This document shows, one piece after another, positions 41,453 through 51,274 of a DNA stretch of 64,000 bases; positions within the stretch are counted from its first letter, which is position 1; every line of letters begins with the position of its first letter. The stretch covers positions 1-64,000 of the forward strand of contig CAVXXK010000005.1 of the NCBI GenBank assembly GCA_963765675.1. Reading direction: 5' to 3'. The translations under genes were made by a program, and so were the position numbers. Source of the DNA: an uncultured delta proteobacterium. Lineage in GTDB: Bacteria > Desulfobacterota > Binatia > Binatales > Binataceae. Under the pieces are notes generated by a model. It did not search any database and had not been told where the DNA came from. It was given only the letters and a program-made list of their open reading frames with translations.

Positions 41453-43219
41453 TCAGCGCAGGAGCGACGAGTTATCGCGATGCTCGAGGATTGCGATCGT
41501 TTGCCGATAGCCTTCGTCGATCGCGCGCCGGTACCCCTTCCAGTCGAGCATCCCCATCGGCTCGATCCGCGGCTCGATCAGCAGATCGACCTGCGGGCGC
41601 AGATGACGCACCTGCGCTTCGCTGCCCACCGTTCCGGCGCGCATCAGCAATGCGACGATATTAGGCGAACCGCGACGCGCGGGCCGCAGCATGTTGAAAA
41701 GGCTCAATTCCTCGAGCGCCTGGGCGGCGGCGGCCAGCGCGTGGTCGCGCATCACGTCGACGGCGACGACCGGCCCGCGGCGCATCGCCAGCATCAGGTC
41801 GATTGGCATGTTGTTGAGCACCCCACCGTCGACCAGGATATGGCCGTTTTCGATCACCGGCGTGAGCACGCCTGGAATTGCAACACTGGCGCGCAGCGCC
41901 TTCCAGATCGGACCGCTGCGAAAAATCCGCACCTGCCCGGTGGTCAAATCCGAGGCGGTGCAAACCAGAGTGCGCCAGCATTCCTCGAGATTTACGTCGC
42001 CGAAATGCTCGCGCAGCCGCCGCGACACTTTGCGTCCGCGAGCGAGCGCGATGATTGGAATCGTATAGTCGCTGAGCGGGTTGCTTTCGACGAAGGCGGG
42101 CACCAAGTGCTTCAGCGTCTGCTCGCGATCCCATTCGAGCGCCGCGGTGGCGGCGATGATCGCGCCCATGCTCGCGCCGGCGTAGAGATCGATCTCGATT
42201 CCCGCTTCGTTCAGCGCCGCGATCACACCCAAATGTGCGAAGCCGCGCGCTCCTCCGCCCGACAGCACGATTCCGACCGCGTGCCCCGCGATTAGCCGCG
42301 CCATCCGCGCGAGGTCCGACGCGTTGCCCTCGCGCACGTGCGAATGATCGGCCTCGGGGAAGCGCTGCACGATCGCGGCGGTATGCGCGGCGCGAGGTGA
42401 GTCGCGCGGATGCAGGATCACCAGCTCGACGCCGGCGTGCCGGCGCGCTTTGATCATTGTCTCAATCGGAGTGCTGTCGCGCGCGGCGGCAGACTCCGGC
42501 GCGGCGCGAACGATCGCGAGCACGCGATCGGCCTGCCGCAGGCATTGCCCGGTCCATGCGGTAGGCTCACTCTCGCCGACGTAGAGGACCAGATCGTGCG
42601 CCTCTTCCAGTTGCGCAAACCATTCGGTTCCGCGGCCGGCGTCGGCCGCTCCCGTGATGGCCGCCTTACCCCCGCGAGCCTCAATCGCGCGGGCCAGATC
42701 GCGGGCGAATGCAGCAGCGTCGACGTCGGGGCCTAGCGGCTGGATCGCAAGCGCGCGCGGCGCGTCGGCGCTCGCCGGCCGGCGCGAGGTGTTGCGCAAG
42801 CGGCTAACCAAAAGGCCGTTCATGAAGCGCATCGCCGCGGGGCTCGAATCGATCAACTGGTCGAACGCACCCTTCGGCATCCGCAATAGTTCCGTATCGC
42901 GCAGCGCCTCGACCCGCGCCGAGCGCACCTCGCCCGAGAGCATCGCCATCTCGCCAACCGTCTCGCCGGCGCCGATCTGCGCGATAACATGCTGGCCATT
43001 TTCGGCCGTGTTTGCGATCACGACCAGCCGCCCGGAGAGCACGATAAACATCGCGTCGCCAGGCTCCCCCGCGTCGAACAAGGTCCATCCTCCCGGCAGG
43101 CTTATCCATTCGAGCTGCTCGCAAATCGAGTCGCGGACCGCGGGCTCAAGGTCTTTGAAAATCGCAAGCGGAGCGATCTTCTCGGCGACAATCCGAACCA
43201 GGCCGGGATCATTCATCAC
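41453..43219 (-). CDS. cNMP-binding + patatin-like phospholipase (NTE-like)
   Basis: cNMP GETVGEMA..RSA, and patatin GGGARG, GASMG and DGG. Confidence 0.9.
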   Translation of the reverse strand: MMNDPGLVRIVAEKIAPLAIFKDLEPAVRDSICEQLEWISLPGGWTLFDAGEPGDAMFIVLSGRLVVIANTAENGQHVIAQIGAGETVGEMAMLSGEVRSARVEALRDTELLRMPKGAFDQLIDSSPAAMRFMNGLLVSRLRNTSRRPASADAPRALAIQPLGPDVDAAAFARDLARAIEARGGKAAITGAADAGRGTEWFAQLEEAHDLVLYVGESEPTAWTGQCLRQADRVLAIVRAAPESAAARDSTPIETMIKARRHAGVELVILHPRDSPRAAHTAAIVQRFPEADHSHVREGNASDLARMARLIAGHAVGIVLSGGGARGFAHLGVIAALNEAGIEIDLYAGASMGAIIAATAALEWDREQTLKHLVPAFVESNPLSDYTIPIIALARGRKVSRRLREHFGDVNLEECWRTLVCTASDLTTGQVRIFRSGPIWKALRASVAIPGVLTPVIENGHILVDGGVLNNMPIDLMLAMRRGPVVAVDVMRDHALAAAAQALEELSLFNMLRPARRGSPNIVALLMRAGTVGSEAQVRHLRPQVDLLIEPRIEPMGMLDWKGYRRAIDEGYRQTIAILEHRDNSSLLR

Positions 43220-43322
43220 GCGCGATTGTACAATAGATAGTGCGCTTCATACATTGCGAAACGTGATTGCCCCAGGCGGCACACGCAGTTACGATCAAGC
43301 ATCACGCGCCGGAGGTGTCTCG

Positions 43323-44570
43323 ATGAAGACCGAGCGGCCCGACAATAGATTCGATCGGCGTGAGTTCTTCAAACGCGGAGCGGTCGCGGGAATCGGTATC
43401 GCGCTCGCCCCTTTCGCTGCGGCGGCGGCGGAAGCCAGCACTCCACCACCTGGTCCTCCGGAAGTCCGGCGCTACGTGACGCTCGGAAACACCGGCATGA
43501 AAGTCTCCGACATCTCGTTCGGTTCGAGCCGGCTTCGCGCGGGCGAGGAAGCTATCGTCCTTCACGCTTTCGACGCCGGGATTAACTATTTCGATTCCGC
43601 CAATGAATACGGCGGTGGCGAATCGGAGACTACCATCGGAAACGCACTCAAGGGCAAGCGCGACAAAGTATATTTGACCTCGAAAGTGATTACCGCGCCA
43701 GATACTCCGCGCGGCGAAATGATGAGCGCGCTCGAAGCGAGCCTTAAGCGCCTGCAAACTGACTATGTGGATGTTTACTTCAATCACGCGGTGAACAATG
43801 TCGAGCGGCTCAAGAACCCCGAATGGCACGCATTCGTTGCCGACGCGCGCAAGCAGGGAAAGATTCGCCACGTCGGGATGTCGGGGCACGCGGGGCATCT
43901 GATCGAATGCCTTGATTACGCAATCGACAACAACCAGGTTGACGTGATTCTGGCGGCCTATAATTTCGGGCAGGACCCGCGCTTCTACCAACACTTCCTG
44001 GGCGGATTTGATTTCGTCGCACGCCAGCCCGATCTGCCGCGCGTGCTGGAGAAGGCGCATAGCAAGGGCGTCGGCGTGGTAGTGATGAAAACCCTGATGG
44101 GCGCGCGGCTGAACGACATGCGGCCCTACGAGAAAGACGGCGCGTCATTCGCTCCCGCGGCCTTCCGATGGGTGCTCTCGAATCCCAACGTGAACGCGCT
44201 GATCGTGTCGATGACCAGCAATGAGATCATCGACGAATATCTGGGCGCCTCCGGATGGCGCGCCACCGCGGCGGCCGACTTGCCGCTGCTCCGGCGCTAC
44301 GCGCGGATGAATGGAACCTCGTATTGCCGCCACGCGTGCGACGCATGCGAGAGCTCGTGCCCCAACGGCGTTCCGATCGCCGACGTGATGCGTACGCGAA
44401 TGTATGCGAATGACTATGGCGACGTGCGCTTCGCGCGCGCCGAATATGCGATGCTCGCGAGCAACGCCGCCGCGTGTCTGTCGTGCACGGCAAAACCCTG
44501 CGCAAGCGCCTGCCCCCACGGCGTGCCGGTAGCCCAGCTCACGGCGCCAACGCATCAGATGCTCGCGTAG
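43323..44570 (+). CDS. Tat-signal aldo/keto reductase with C-terminal Fe-S Cys cluster
   Basis: DRREFFK twin-arginine, LGNTGMKVS, YFDSANEYG and LKRLQTDYVD. C-terminal CRHACDACESSCP and CLSC..PCASACP. Confidence 0.88.
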   Translation: MKTERPDNRFDRREFFKRGAVAGIGIALAPFAAAAAEASTPPPGPPEVRRYVTLGNTGMKVSDISFGSSRLRAGEEAIVLHAFDAGINYFDSANEYGGGESETTIGNALKGKRDKVYLTSKVITAPDTPRGEMMSALEASLKRLQTDYVDVYFNHAVNNVERLKNPEWHAFVADARKQGKIRHVGMSGHAGHLIECLDYAIDNNQVDVILAAYNFGQDPRFYQHFLGGFDFVARQPDLPRVLEKAHSKGVGVVVMKTLMGARLNDMRPYEKDGASFAPAAFRWVLSNPNVNALIVSMTSNEIIDEYLGASGWRATAAADLPLLRRYARMNGTSYCRHACDACESSCPNGVPIADVMRTRMYANDYGDVRFARAEYAMLASNAAACLSCTAKPCASACPHGVPVAQLTAPTHQMLA

Positions 44571-44603
44571 CTATTGCGCATCAGCGCAGTCTCTCGCCCC
44601 CTG

Positions 44604-45026
44604 TCTGATCCCTCGCCCAGTATGGGAGAGGTAAGGTGAGGGACCTTATTCAGCGCGGCGCAAAGCGCCGCGCGATTAGAGAAAGGAACCTACGCATCCA
44701 GCACGATCCACGATCGAGCAAGGCCGCCCTCACCCGCGCGAGGCTTCGCAACGCGAAGCCTCACGCGGCCTCTCCCGGGGGGAGAGGCGCAATCATTGTC
44801 TGTACTCTCCGGGCGGTGGGAGAGGCTATTCTGCCCCTCGCCCTCCGGGAGAGGGCAAGCGGCGCGATGCTTGCGCTTCTTTCGCAAGCATCGTGACGCG
44901 CGGGTGAGGGCGGCCTTGCTCGATCGCGGAGGCGGCTGAATACCCCGTTTCTTTCTTTAATCGCGCGGCGCTGCGCGCCGCGCTGAATAAGGTCCCTCAC
45001 CTGGCCTCTCCCTTTCAGGGCGAGGA
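44604..45026. repeat. Two inverted copies (B 44604-44787 +, C 44834-45026 -) of the intergenic repeat forming a ~420-bp imperfect palindrome
   Basis: GGTGAGGGACCTTATTCAGCGCGGCGC pairs with GCGCCGCGCTGAATAAGGTCCCTCACC, and CGATCGAGCAAGGCCGCCCTCACCCGCGCG pairs with CGCGCGGGTGAGGGCGGCCTTGCTCGATCG. It lies between convergent genes. Confidence 0.9.
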
Positions 45027-46481
45027 ATTTAATAGTTGATCGCCGGGGATCCAGATTGTGTGGAAGCCTACCGGGACGCGTTGCGGAATCTTCACGCGGG
45101 CTAACGGACCCTTCGCGATGTCCTTTGCGTCGAGGATTACTACTTCGCCGGAGTCTTTCGCATTTACGTCGGAGACGAAGGCTACTACGTAACCGTCGTC
45201 TTCGTCGCGCGCGCCTACGCGCGGCGCGAATGGACATTCGTTGGCGGTGCGGCCCGCGCCGAATAGATACTTCTCGGTCGAGTTGCGCTCGAGGTCGTAC
45301 TTAACAATTCCCTCAAAGTGCGGGACCAGCGAATTGTATGCGTAGCGCGAGCGCCTGCCCATCCGGCCGCGATTGATCGTCGGCCATTCGGTGCGGGTGT
45401 CGTCGAGCTGCTCTTCCTTTACCTCACCCGTCCCGAGATTAAAGCGCCATCTGCATACCTGCGCTTCGAGCCGCAGGAACGCGCGCATCCGCGCCAACTC
45501 GCCCTCACCGCGCTTCGCGCCCGGCTCGGGCTGGATGACGCGGCACGCGTCCATCACGATCACGTCGTTGCCGGCCGTGTCCTTTTCTTCCCACGAATTG
45601 ATCACGTGATAGATGTAGCACGGCGACGCTTCGAACCATCGCACGTCGCGATTGGTTCCGAATCGCGGCAGGATACCGAAGCGGCTCGGCATCTCCGGAT
45701 AGTAAGTTACTTTATGCACTCCGCGCTGAAGCAGTTCCGGATCCCAGAACAGCGGCAAATCCATCAGGACTGAGTATTTTTCGGTAAATGCCATATCGTG
45801 CGGCAACCGCGGGCCGGGAATCTCGATCGGCGCATGATGCGTCAATTCTCCCGCCGCCGAAACGACGTTGTAGGTCATGAATGGAGCGGCGGTCGAATAG
45901 TCAAAGAACAATAGCTCGTTGGTTACCGGATCAACCTTCGCATGCGCGGAGACCGTACGCTTTAGGCCGCCGCGAAAAGTCTCGACGCCCAGAGTCTCGA
46001 GCGTGCGCGCATCGACCTTGTAGGGCAATCCGCACTGGTACCAGAGCGCGAGCGCGTAGCCGTTATGAAATACCACGTCGGTATTCGCGGTATCTTTGAG
46101 CCATCCGTCGGAACCCGCGCCTTTTGGCGCGCTCGGGTCGGGACGGTCCATCAGTCCGGGCCAGATAGCGTGCCCGGCCTCGCGCTCAGTGCGAAAACCG
46201 TCAGTGCGAATCCATCGGTTGCGATACGAGGCTTTGCCGCCTTCAAAATGAATCGCGTGGATCATCCCGTCGCCGTCAAACCAATGGTAGCGGCCGCGCG
46301 GCTGAAAAATCGGATTAGGTCCGTTGCGCAAATAGACGCCGGACAAGTCGTCGGGAATCTCGCCGACGACCTCAAGTGCGTCAGCAGTTATTTCGCGTCC
46401 GATCGGTCCGAAGACTCCGCGCAGAAACGGATTCTCGCCCGGCTCGATATTGATCGGAATTTCGTTTTCGATTTTCAGCAT
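45015..46481 (-). CDS. Carotenoid/lignostilbene cleavage oxygenase (RPE65 family)
   Basis: GVYLRNGPNP, HWFDGDGMIH and four His ligands (SAHAK, PHDM, IYHV, GFH). Confidence 0.92.
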   Translation of the reverse strand: MLKIENEIPINIEPGENPFLRGVFGPIGREITADALEVVGEIPDDLSGVYLRNGPNPIFQPRGRYHWFDGDGMIHAIHFEGGKASYRNRWIRTDGFRTEREAGHAIWPGLMDRPDPSAPKGAGSDGWLKDTANTDVVFHNGYALALWYQCGLPYKVDARTLETLGVETFRGGLKRTVSAHAKVDPVTNELLFFDYSTAAPFMTYNVVSAAGELTHHAPIEIPGPRLPHDMAFTEKYSVLMDLPLFWDPELLQRGVHKVTYYPEMPSRFGILPRFGTNRDVRWFEASPCYIYHVINSWEEKDTAGNDVIVMDACRVIQPEPGAKRGEGELARMRAFLRLEAQVCRWRFNLGTGEVKEEQLDDTRTEWPTINRGRMGRRSRYAYNSLVPHFEGIVKYDLERNSTEKYLFGAGRTANECPFAPRVGARDEDDGYVVAFVSDVNAKDSGEVVILDAKDIAKGPLARVKIPQRVPVGFHTIWIPGDQLLNSSP

Positions 46482-46648
46482 CGCTCGTCGCCCTCGATTA
46501 CAATCCGACTGCGCCGTCGATGCTAGCATAAGCGAGTATTTGCCAGTAGGACCGGCGCGCGCAGGTCTTTACCCCGAGGCGTCAGTGGAACTAGGATCGG
46601 GCACAGAGTGATCACAGACGCGATCGACACGCGAGGGAGACAGCCCCG

Positions 46649-47872
46649 ATGAGCGAGCATCTTACCGAAATCGATCAACCGAACCGCTGGCGGCTCGAAA
46701 CCCCTGGGCATCAGGGATGGAAGCGCACCGCGCGGCCAGACGATCCCAACAAGTACTTCATGGTCTCGGCCGATTGCCACGCCAACGAGCCCGGCGGCTT
46801 GTGGCATCAGCGGCTCGAAAAAGAATACGCAAAGCGCCTGCCGCGAATCGAGGTCGATGAGAACGGCGTCAAGTGGCAGGTCTCCGAAGGATGGGCGCGC
46901 TCGCGGCTGCTCGACAACCGCCTCGAAGGCGAGGATCACGTCCGCTCGAAGGCGGGCGCCGATCCGGCCGAGCGGCTCATCGATCTGGATCACGACGGCG
47001 TCGATGTCGAAGTCATTTTTCCGAACAAGGGACTGATGATGTGGGCGACGTCCGACGTGAAGTTCGCGGCGGCGCAGTGCCGCGTCTGGAATGATTGGGC
47101 CGCGGAGACCTACGGGCCGTATCGGGACCGGATGGTGCCGATGGCCTCGATCGCGACCGGCGACCTGGAAGGATGCGTCGGCGAGGTCGAGCGCGTGGCC
47201 AAGCTGGGCTTTCGCGGCGTCACCCTGCCGTGCAAGCCGATCTTCGGAGCGCACGACGCGCGCCATCCTAACTACAATCTGCCGATCTTCGATCCGCTGT
47301 GGGCGGCGCTGCAGGACCTGAACCTGTGCGTGACCTTCCACGTCTCGACCGGACGCGATCCGCGCGCGGCGCGCAAAGACGGCGGCGCGGTAATCAACTA
47401 CGTATCGCATTCGCTCGCGCCGACGATCGAGCCGATCGCGAATCTGTGCGCGTCGGGCGTGATCGAGAAATATCCGAAGCTGCGCTTCGCCTCGATCGAG
47501 GCGGGCATCGGATGGGTTCCGTGGGCGCTGCAGGCGATGGACGAGGCGTACAAGAAGCATCACATGTGGGTGTTCCCAAAGCTGAAGCATCTGCCGAGTG
47601 AGTATTTCCGCAGCAACGGTTTCGCGTCGTTCCAGGAAGACGCTCCCGGGCTCGACCTCGCGCCGAAGTACGACCTGTGCGGCAACTTCATGTGGGCCAA
47701 CGACTATCCGCATCATGAAGGATCGTGGCCGCATTCGGCCGAGGCGATCGAACGCCAGATGGCGCATCTGAGCGACGAGCAGCGCGCGCAGATCCTCGGG
47801 CTCAACGCGGCGCGGATGTTCAACCTCGAGGTGCGCCGCCGCGTGCCGATGCCGGCCGCGCGCGCGAACTGA
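46649..47872 (+). CDS. Amidohydrolase_2 family protein
   Basis: SADCHANEP, FHVSTG, EAGIGWVP and WANDYPH. Confidence 0.9.
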   Translation: MSEHLTEIDQPNRWRLETPGHQGWKRTARPDDPNKYFMVSADCHANEPGGLWHQRLEKEYAKRLPRIEVDENGVKWQVSEGWARSRLLDNRLEGEDHVRSKAGADPAERLIDLDHDGVDVEVIFPNKGLMMWATSDVKFAAAQCRVWNDWAAETYGPYRDRMVPMASIATGDLEGCVGEVERVAKLGFRGVTLPCKPIFGAHDARHPNYNLPIFDPLWAALQDLNLCVTFHVSTGRDPRAARKDGGAVINYVSHSLAPTIEPIANLCASGVIEKYPKLRFASIEAGIGWVPWALQAMDEAYKKHHMWVFPKLKHLPSEYFRSNGFASFQEDAPGLDLAPKYDLCGNFMWANDYPHHEGSWPHSAEAIERQMAHLSDEQRAQILGLNAARMFNLEVRRRVPMPAARAN

Positions 47873-47889
47873 GCGGGAGCCACGCGCCG

Positions 47890-48585
47890 TCAGAACAGTC
47901 GCTGGCCGAAGAAGAAGGCGTTGATGTCGCGTTTGCTGCCCTGTACTGCCGCGACCGGCTTCTTCGCAAGACGCCCGGCGAGCGCGCGAGCCTCGGATAT
48001 CAGCTCTTCGCGCTTGACGATGCGGTTGATAAGGCCCATCGCGAGCAACTCTTCAGCACGGTAGTGGCGGCATTCGAGGATCGCCTCGCGCGCGCGCCAC
48101 GGTCCCATCCGCGCCGCCATCAGTTGCGCGGGAGCGCCGCGATAAGGCACGCCCATGTCGACCTCGGGCACCCAGAACTCCGCGCCCTCGGCCACCAGGC
48201 AGAAGTCGAACGCGAGCGCGAGCGACCATCCCCCGCCGACCGCGTAGCCGTTGATCGCGCCGATCGTCAGCGCGTCGAGATGAGTAATCGCTTCGAACGC
48301 GCGCCCAATCAGCCGCGGAAAGCGCCCCGCGGTCTCGCCCGTGATTCGCGCGCGCTCGCGCGGTTCGGTCACGCCGCGGGTCGCGGAGAGATCGGCACCG
48401 GCGGAAAATGCCGCGCCGGTGCCGGTCACGATCAGCACGCGGACCTCGCGGTCGTCGCGCACCTTATGGATGAGGCTCTCGAGCTCGAGGATGACCTCGT
48501 CGTTCAGAGGGTTGCGCTTCTCGGGCCGGTTGAAAGTGATCGTGACGATCGCGGCGTCTTTTTCAAAAGTGAAATGTGTCGGCAT
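47890..48585 (-). CDS. Enoyl-CoA hydratase/isomerase family protein
   Basis: FNRPEKRNPL, FSAGADL, AINGYAVGGG and PEV. Confidence 0.9.
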   Translation of the reverse strand: MPTHFTFEKDAAIVTITFNRPEKRNPLNDEVILELESLIHKVRDDREVRVLIVTGTGAAFSAGADLSATRGVTEPRERARITGETAGRFPRLIGRAFEAITHLDALTIGAINGYAVGGGWSLALAFDFCLVAEGAEFWVPEVDMGVPYRGAPAQLMAARMGPWRAREAILECRHYRAEELLAMGLINRIVKREELISEARALAGRLAKKPVAAVQGSKRDINAFFFGQRLF

Positions 48586-48705
48586 CTCGGTTCCTTGCGC
48601 GGATGGCGCGGCGTCGATGCTAGCGCCGCGCGCGATTTCCCGCGATAGCCCGGGCGCGAGCCGCGTGCTCTACTTGATCGCGGTAACCTCAAGGAGCGCA
48701 GCGCG

Positions 48706-49236
48706 ATGGACGTCAGCAAGATCACGCCGGGGCGGAACCCGCCCGACGAAATTCACGTGGTGGTCGAGATTCCGCAGGGCGGAGTGCCGATCAAGTACGA
48801 GCTCGACAAGGTTTCGGGCGCGCTGTTCGTCAACCGCTTTCTGCACACCTCGATGTACTATCCGGCCAACTACGGCTTTATTCCGAACACCCTCTCCGAG
48901 GACGGCGACCCCGCGGACGCGATGGTGCTCTCGCAGGTTCCGGTGGCTCCAGGAGCGGTCATCCGATGCCGTCCGGTTGGCGCACTGCTGATGGAAGACG
49001 AAAACGGCGTGGACGAGAAAATCCTCGCGGTGCCGGTCGATGAACTCAATCCATACTTCGACGGAATCAACGAACTGGCGGATATGCCGCCGATCGTGCG
49101 CGACCAGATCGATCACTTTTTCCGCCATTACAAAGATCTGGAAAAAGGCAAATGGGTAAAGGTCAATGGATGGGTCGATCGCGCCGCCGCGCGCGAGCTG
49201 ATCAATCAGGCGATCGCGCGCTATCCAAAGAAGTAA
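48706..49236 (+). CDS. ppa: Inorganic pyrophosphatase (family I)
   Basis: IKYELDK, YPANYGFIP, DGDPAD, MEDENGVDEK and HYKDLEKGKWV. Confidence 0.95.
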   Translation: MDVSKITPGRNPPDEIHVVVEIPQGGVPIKYELDKVSGALFVNRFLHTSMYYPANYGFIPNTLSEDGDPADAMVLSQVPVAPGAVIRCRPVGALLMEDENGVDEKILAVPVDELNPYFDGINELADMPPIVRDQIDHFFRHYKDLEKGKWVKVNGWVDRAAARELINQAIARYPKK

Positions 49237-49273
49237 CGGTGCGCCCCGCCCCGCTCGCCGCGCAATATCCACG

Positions 49274-50173
49274 ATGCCGGAATTGCCTGACATTACCGTG
49301 TACGTCGAAGCGCTTCGGGAGCGAATCTGTGCCCACACACTGAGCCGCGCATCCGTCAGATCTCCATTTTTGTTGCGTTCGGCCGAGCCTCCGCTTAGCG
49401 CCGCGTACGGCAAGACAGTCCGCGAAGTCAGACGGCTCGGCAAGCGAATCGCGATCGGACTCGACGACGGTCTATGGCTCGTGTTGCATCTCATGATCGC
49501 GGGGCGGCTTCATTGGGACACAGCCGCGCCCAAAGCAAAGGGCCGGAATATCCTCGCGGCGTTTGAGTTCGACAACGGATGGCTCTGGCTCACGGAAGCA
49601 GGCACGCAGCATCGCGCCTCGCTGCACTTGATCGCCGGGGAAGCCGCGCTCGCCGCGCTTAGTGCGGGCGGACTCGAGCCGCTCGCGGCCAGCCTGGACG
49701 AATTCGCCGCCGCGCTGCGCTCGGAAAACCACACGCTCAAGCGCTCGCTTACCGACCCGCACATCTTGAGCGGAATCGGCAACGCGTATTCCGACGAGAT
49801 ACTCCATCGCGCGCAACTCTCGCCGATCGCGATGACGCAGAAGCTCGGCGAGGCGGAGATCGCAAGGCTGTACGACGCCACGCGCGTGACACTGGTCGAA
49901 TGGACCGATCGCCTGCGCGCGGAATCCGCCGGCGCATTCCCCGAAAAGGTTACGGCCTTTCGCCCCGAGATGGCGGTGCACGGCCGCTACGGTTTGCCGT
50001 GTCCGCGATGCGGCGCCAAGGTTCAGCGCATCCGCCACGCGAACAACGAGACCAACTATTGCGCCCGATGCCAGACCGGAGGCCGCTTGCTCGCAGACCG
50101 CGCGCTCTCGCGCCTCCTGCATGAGGACTGGCCGCGCACTCTCGACGAGATGGAAGCGCGCAAGCGTCGATGA
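49274..50173 (+). CDS. Fpg/Nei family DNA glycosylase/AP lyase
   Basis: N-terminal MPELP, GK, HLMIAG, H2TH SGIGNAYSDEIL and zinc finger CPRC..CARCQ. Confidence 0.92.
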   Translation: MPELPDITVYVEALRERICAHTLSRASVRSPFLLRSAEPPLSAAYGKTVREVRRLGKRIAIGLDDGLWLVLHLMIAGRLHWDTAAPKAKGRNILAAFEFDNGWLWLTEAGTQHRASLHLIAGEAALAALSAGGLEPLAASLDEFAAALRSENHTLKRSLTDPHILSGIGNAYSDEILHRAQLSPIAMTQKLGEAEIARLYDATRVTLVEWTDRLRAESAGAFPEKVTAFRPEMAVHGRYGLPCPRCGAKVQRIRHANNETNYCARCQTGGRLLADRALSRLLHEDWPRTLDEMEARKRR

Positions 50174-50570
50174 ACCTAGAGTAGTCAGTCCGTCCTGAGT
50201 AATGATCGAATGCCAGTTCGCGGACTGTCAGAGCCGCCGCACTGACGACAAGCTAGTATCCACGCAGGATCCGGGTCTGCTGATAAAGCTCAATTCGGTG
50301 GGTTCGTTTGGTATCTTTTGGGGTCGCCATCAAGACCCCGAAAGCAGTTTTTGCCTTGAAATCATTGGCTTTTCATTTCGCCGTTGGCTTCGTTTGGTCG
50401 ACATTTTGGATAGTTAATATTTCCTTTCGCCGCTCGATCGCTTTACGCAATACCTACTCAATTCGTTCGCCATTCATCTCGCCCTCGCACCGCATTACTC
50501 AGTATACACGTTTAGTGCCAAATAGCAAGATTGATCTCATCCAGGATGAATCAAACATCGACTCGTTGTG

Positions 50571-50606
50571 ATAGTCCCTCTCCCCGAAGATTGGGGGAGG
50601 GACTAT
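50571..50606. terminator. Strong hairpin downstream of the GST gene (terminator or REP-like)
   Basis: ATAGTCCCTCTCCCC-GAAGATT-GGGGGAGGGACTAT inverted repeat, with no clear U-tract. Confidence 0.45.
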
Positions 50607-50647
50607 CCAACGCGCGCCAGTGCGAGGACGAAGCGGCGATCGACGGC

Positions 50648-51274
50648 TCAATTGCCCAGGTTGTACGCGCCGCCGCGTTCCAGCGCTTTCTTGTAGGCGG
50701 GGCGTTCGTGCAGGCGCTTGATCCATGCGTCGAGGTTTGGGTACGCAGCGCGCACTCCAAATGCACCTGCTACCTCGGCGACAAAACTCATCTGGATGTC
50801 CGCGCCGGTCAGGCTATCTCCAACCAGAAATTGGCGGCCGGCGAGCGACTTCTCGATGTACCCGAGATGATTCGCGATCTCGCTGTCGATCCGCGGGCGC
50901 AGCGCGGCGCCGGACTCTCCCAGACGCGCGACGTAGAGATTTAGCATCAGCGGCAGCATCGCGGAGCCTTCCGAGTAGTGCAGCCATTGCTGGTACTCGT
51001 CGTAGGCGGGAGTGTTGGCGGGGGGCTGCAGGCGGCCGCCCCCATGATGGCGCAAAATATAATCGACGATCGCGCCCGATTCGATAATCGTGCGTCCATC
51101 CTCGGTGATAACGGGAGATTTGCCAAGCGGATGAATCTCCTTCAAGGCCGGAGGCGCAAGGCGAGTCTGCGCGTCGCGTTCATACTTCTTGATCTGGTAG
51201 GCGAGTCCAAGTTCCTCGAGCAACCACAAAATCCGCTGCGACCGAGAGTCGTTAAGATGATGGACAGTAATCAC
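50648..51274 (-). CDS. Glutathione S-transferase
   Basis: HHLNDSRSQRILWLLEEL, HPLGKSPV, ESGAI and GDSLTGADIQMSF. Confidence 0.92.
   Translation of the reverse strand: MITVHHLNDSRSQRILWLLEELGLAYQIKKYERDAQTRLAPPALKEIHPLGKSPVITEDGRTIIESGAIVDYILRHHGGGRLQPPANTPAYDEYQQWLHYSEGSAMLPLMLNLYVARLGESGAALRPRIDSEIANHLGYIEKSLAGRQFLVGDSLTGADIQMSFVAEVAGAFGVRAAYPNLDAWIKRLHERPAYKKALERGGAYNLGN

Noticed and set aside
42654-43322. N-terminal extension making a 638-aa ORF
   Set aside because: It is an antisense shadow of the patatin gene. The real start is 43323, after a GGAGG RBS and before the Tat motif.
29547-45026. CRISPR array
   Set aside because: The repeats are long, palindromic and dispersed, with no regular repeat-spacer periodicity and no cas genes.
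46523-47767. 414-aa minus-strand ORF (and similar long antisense ORFs, e.g. 40290-41198 and 47725-48648)
   Set aside because: They fully overlap well-supported genes on the opposite strand, as expected in high-GC DNA, and contain no recognisable motifs.
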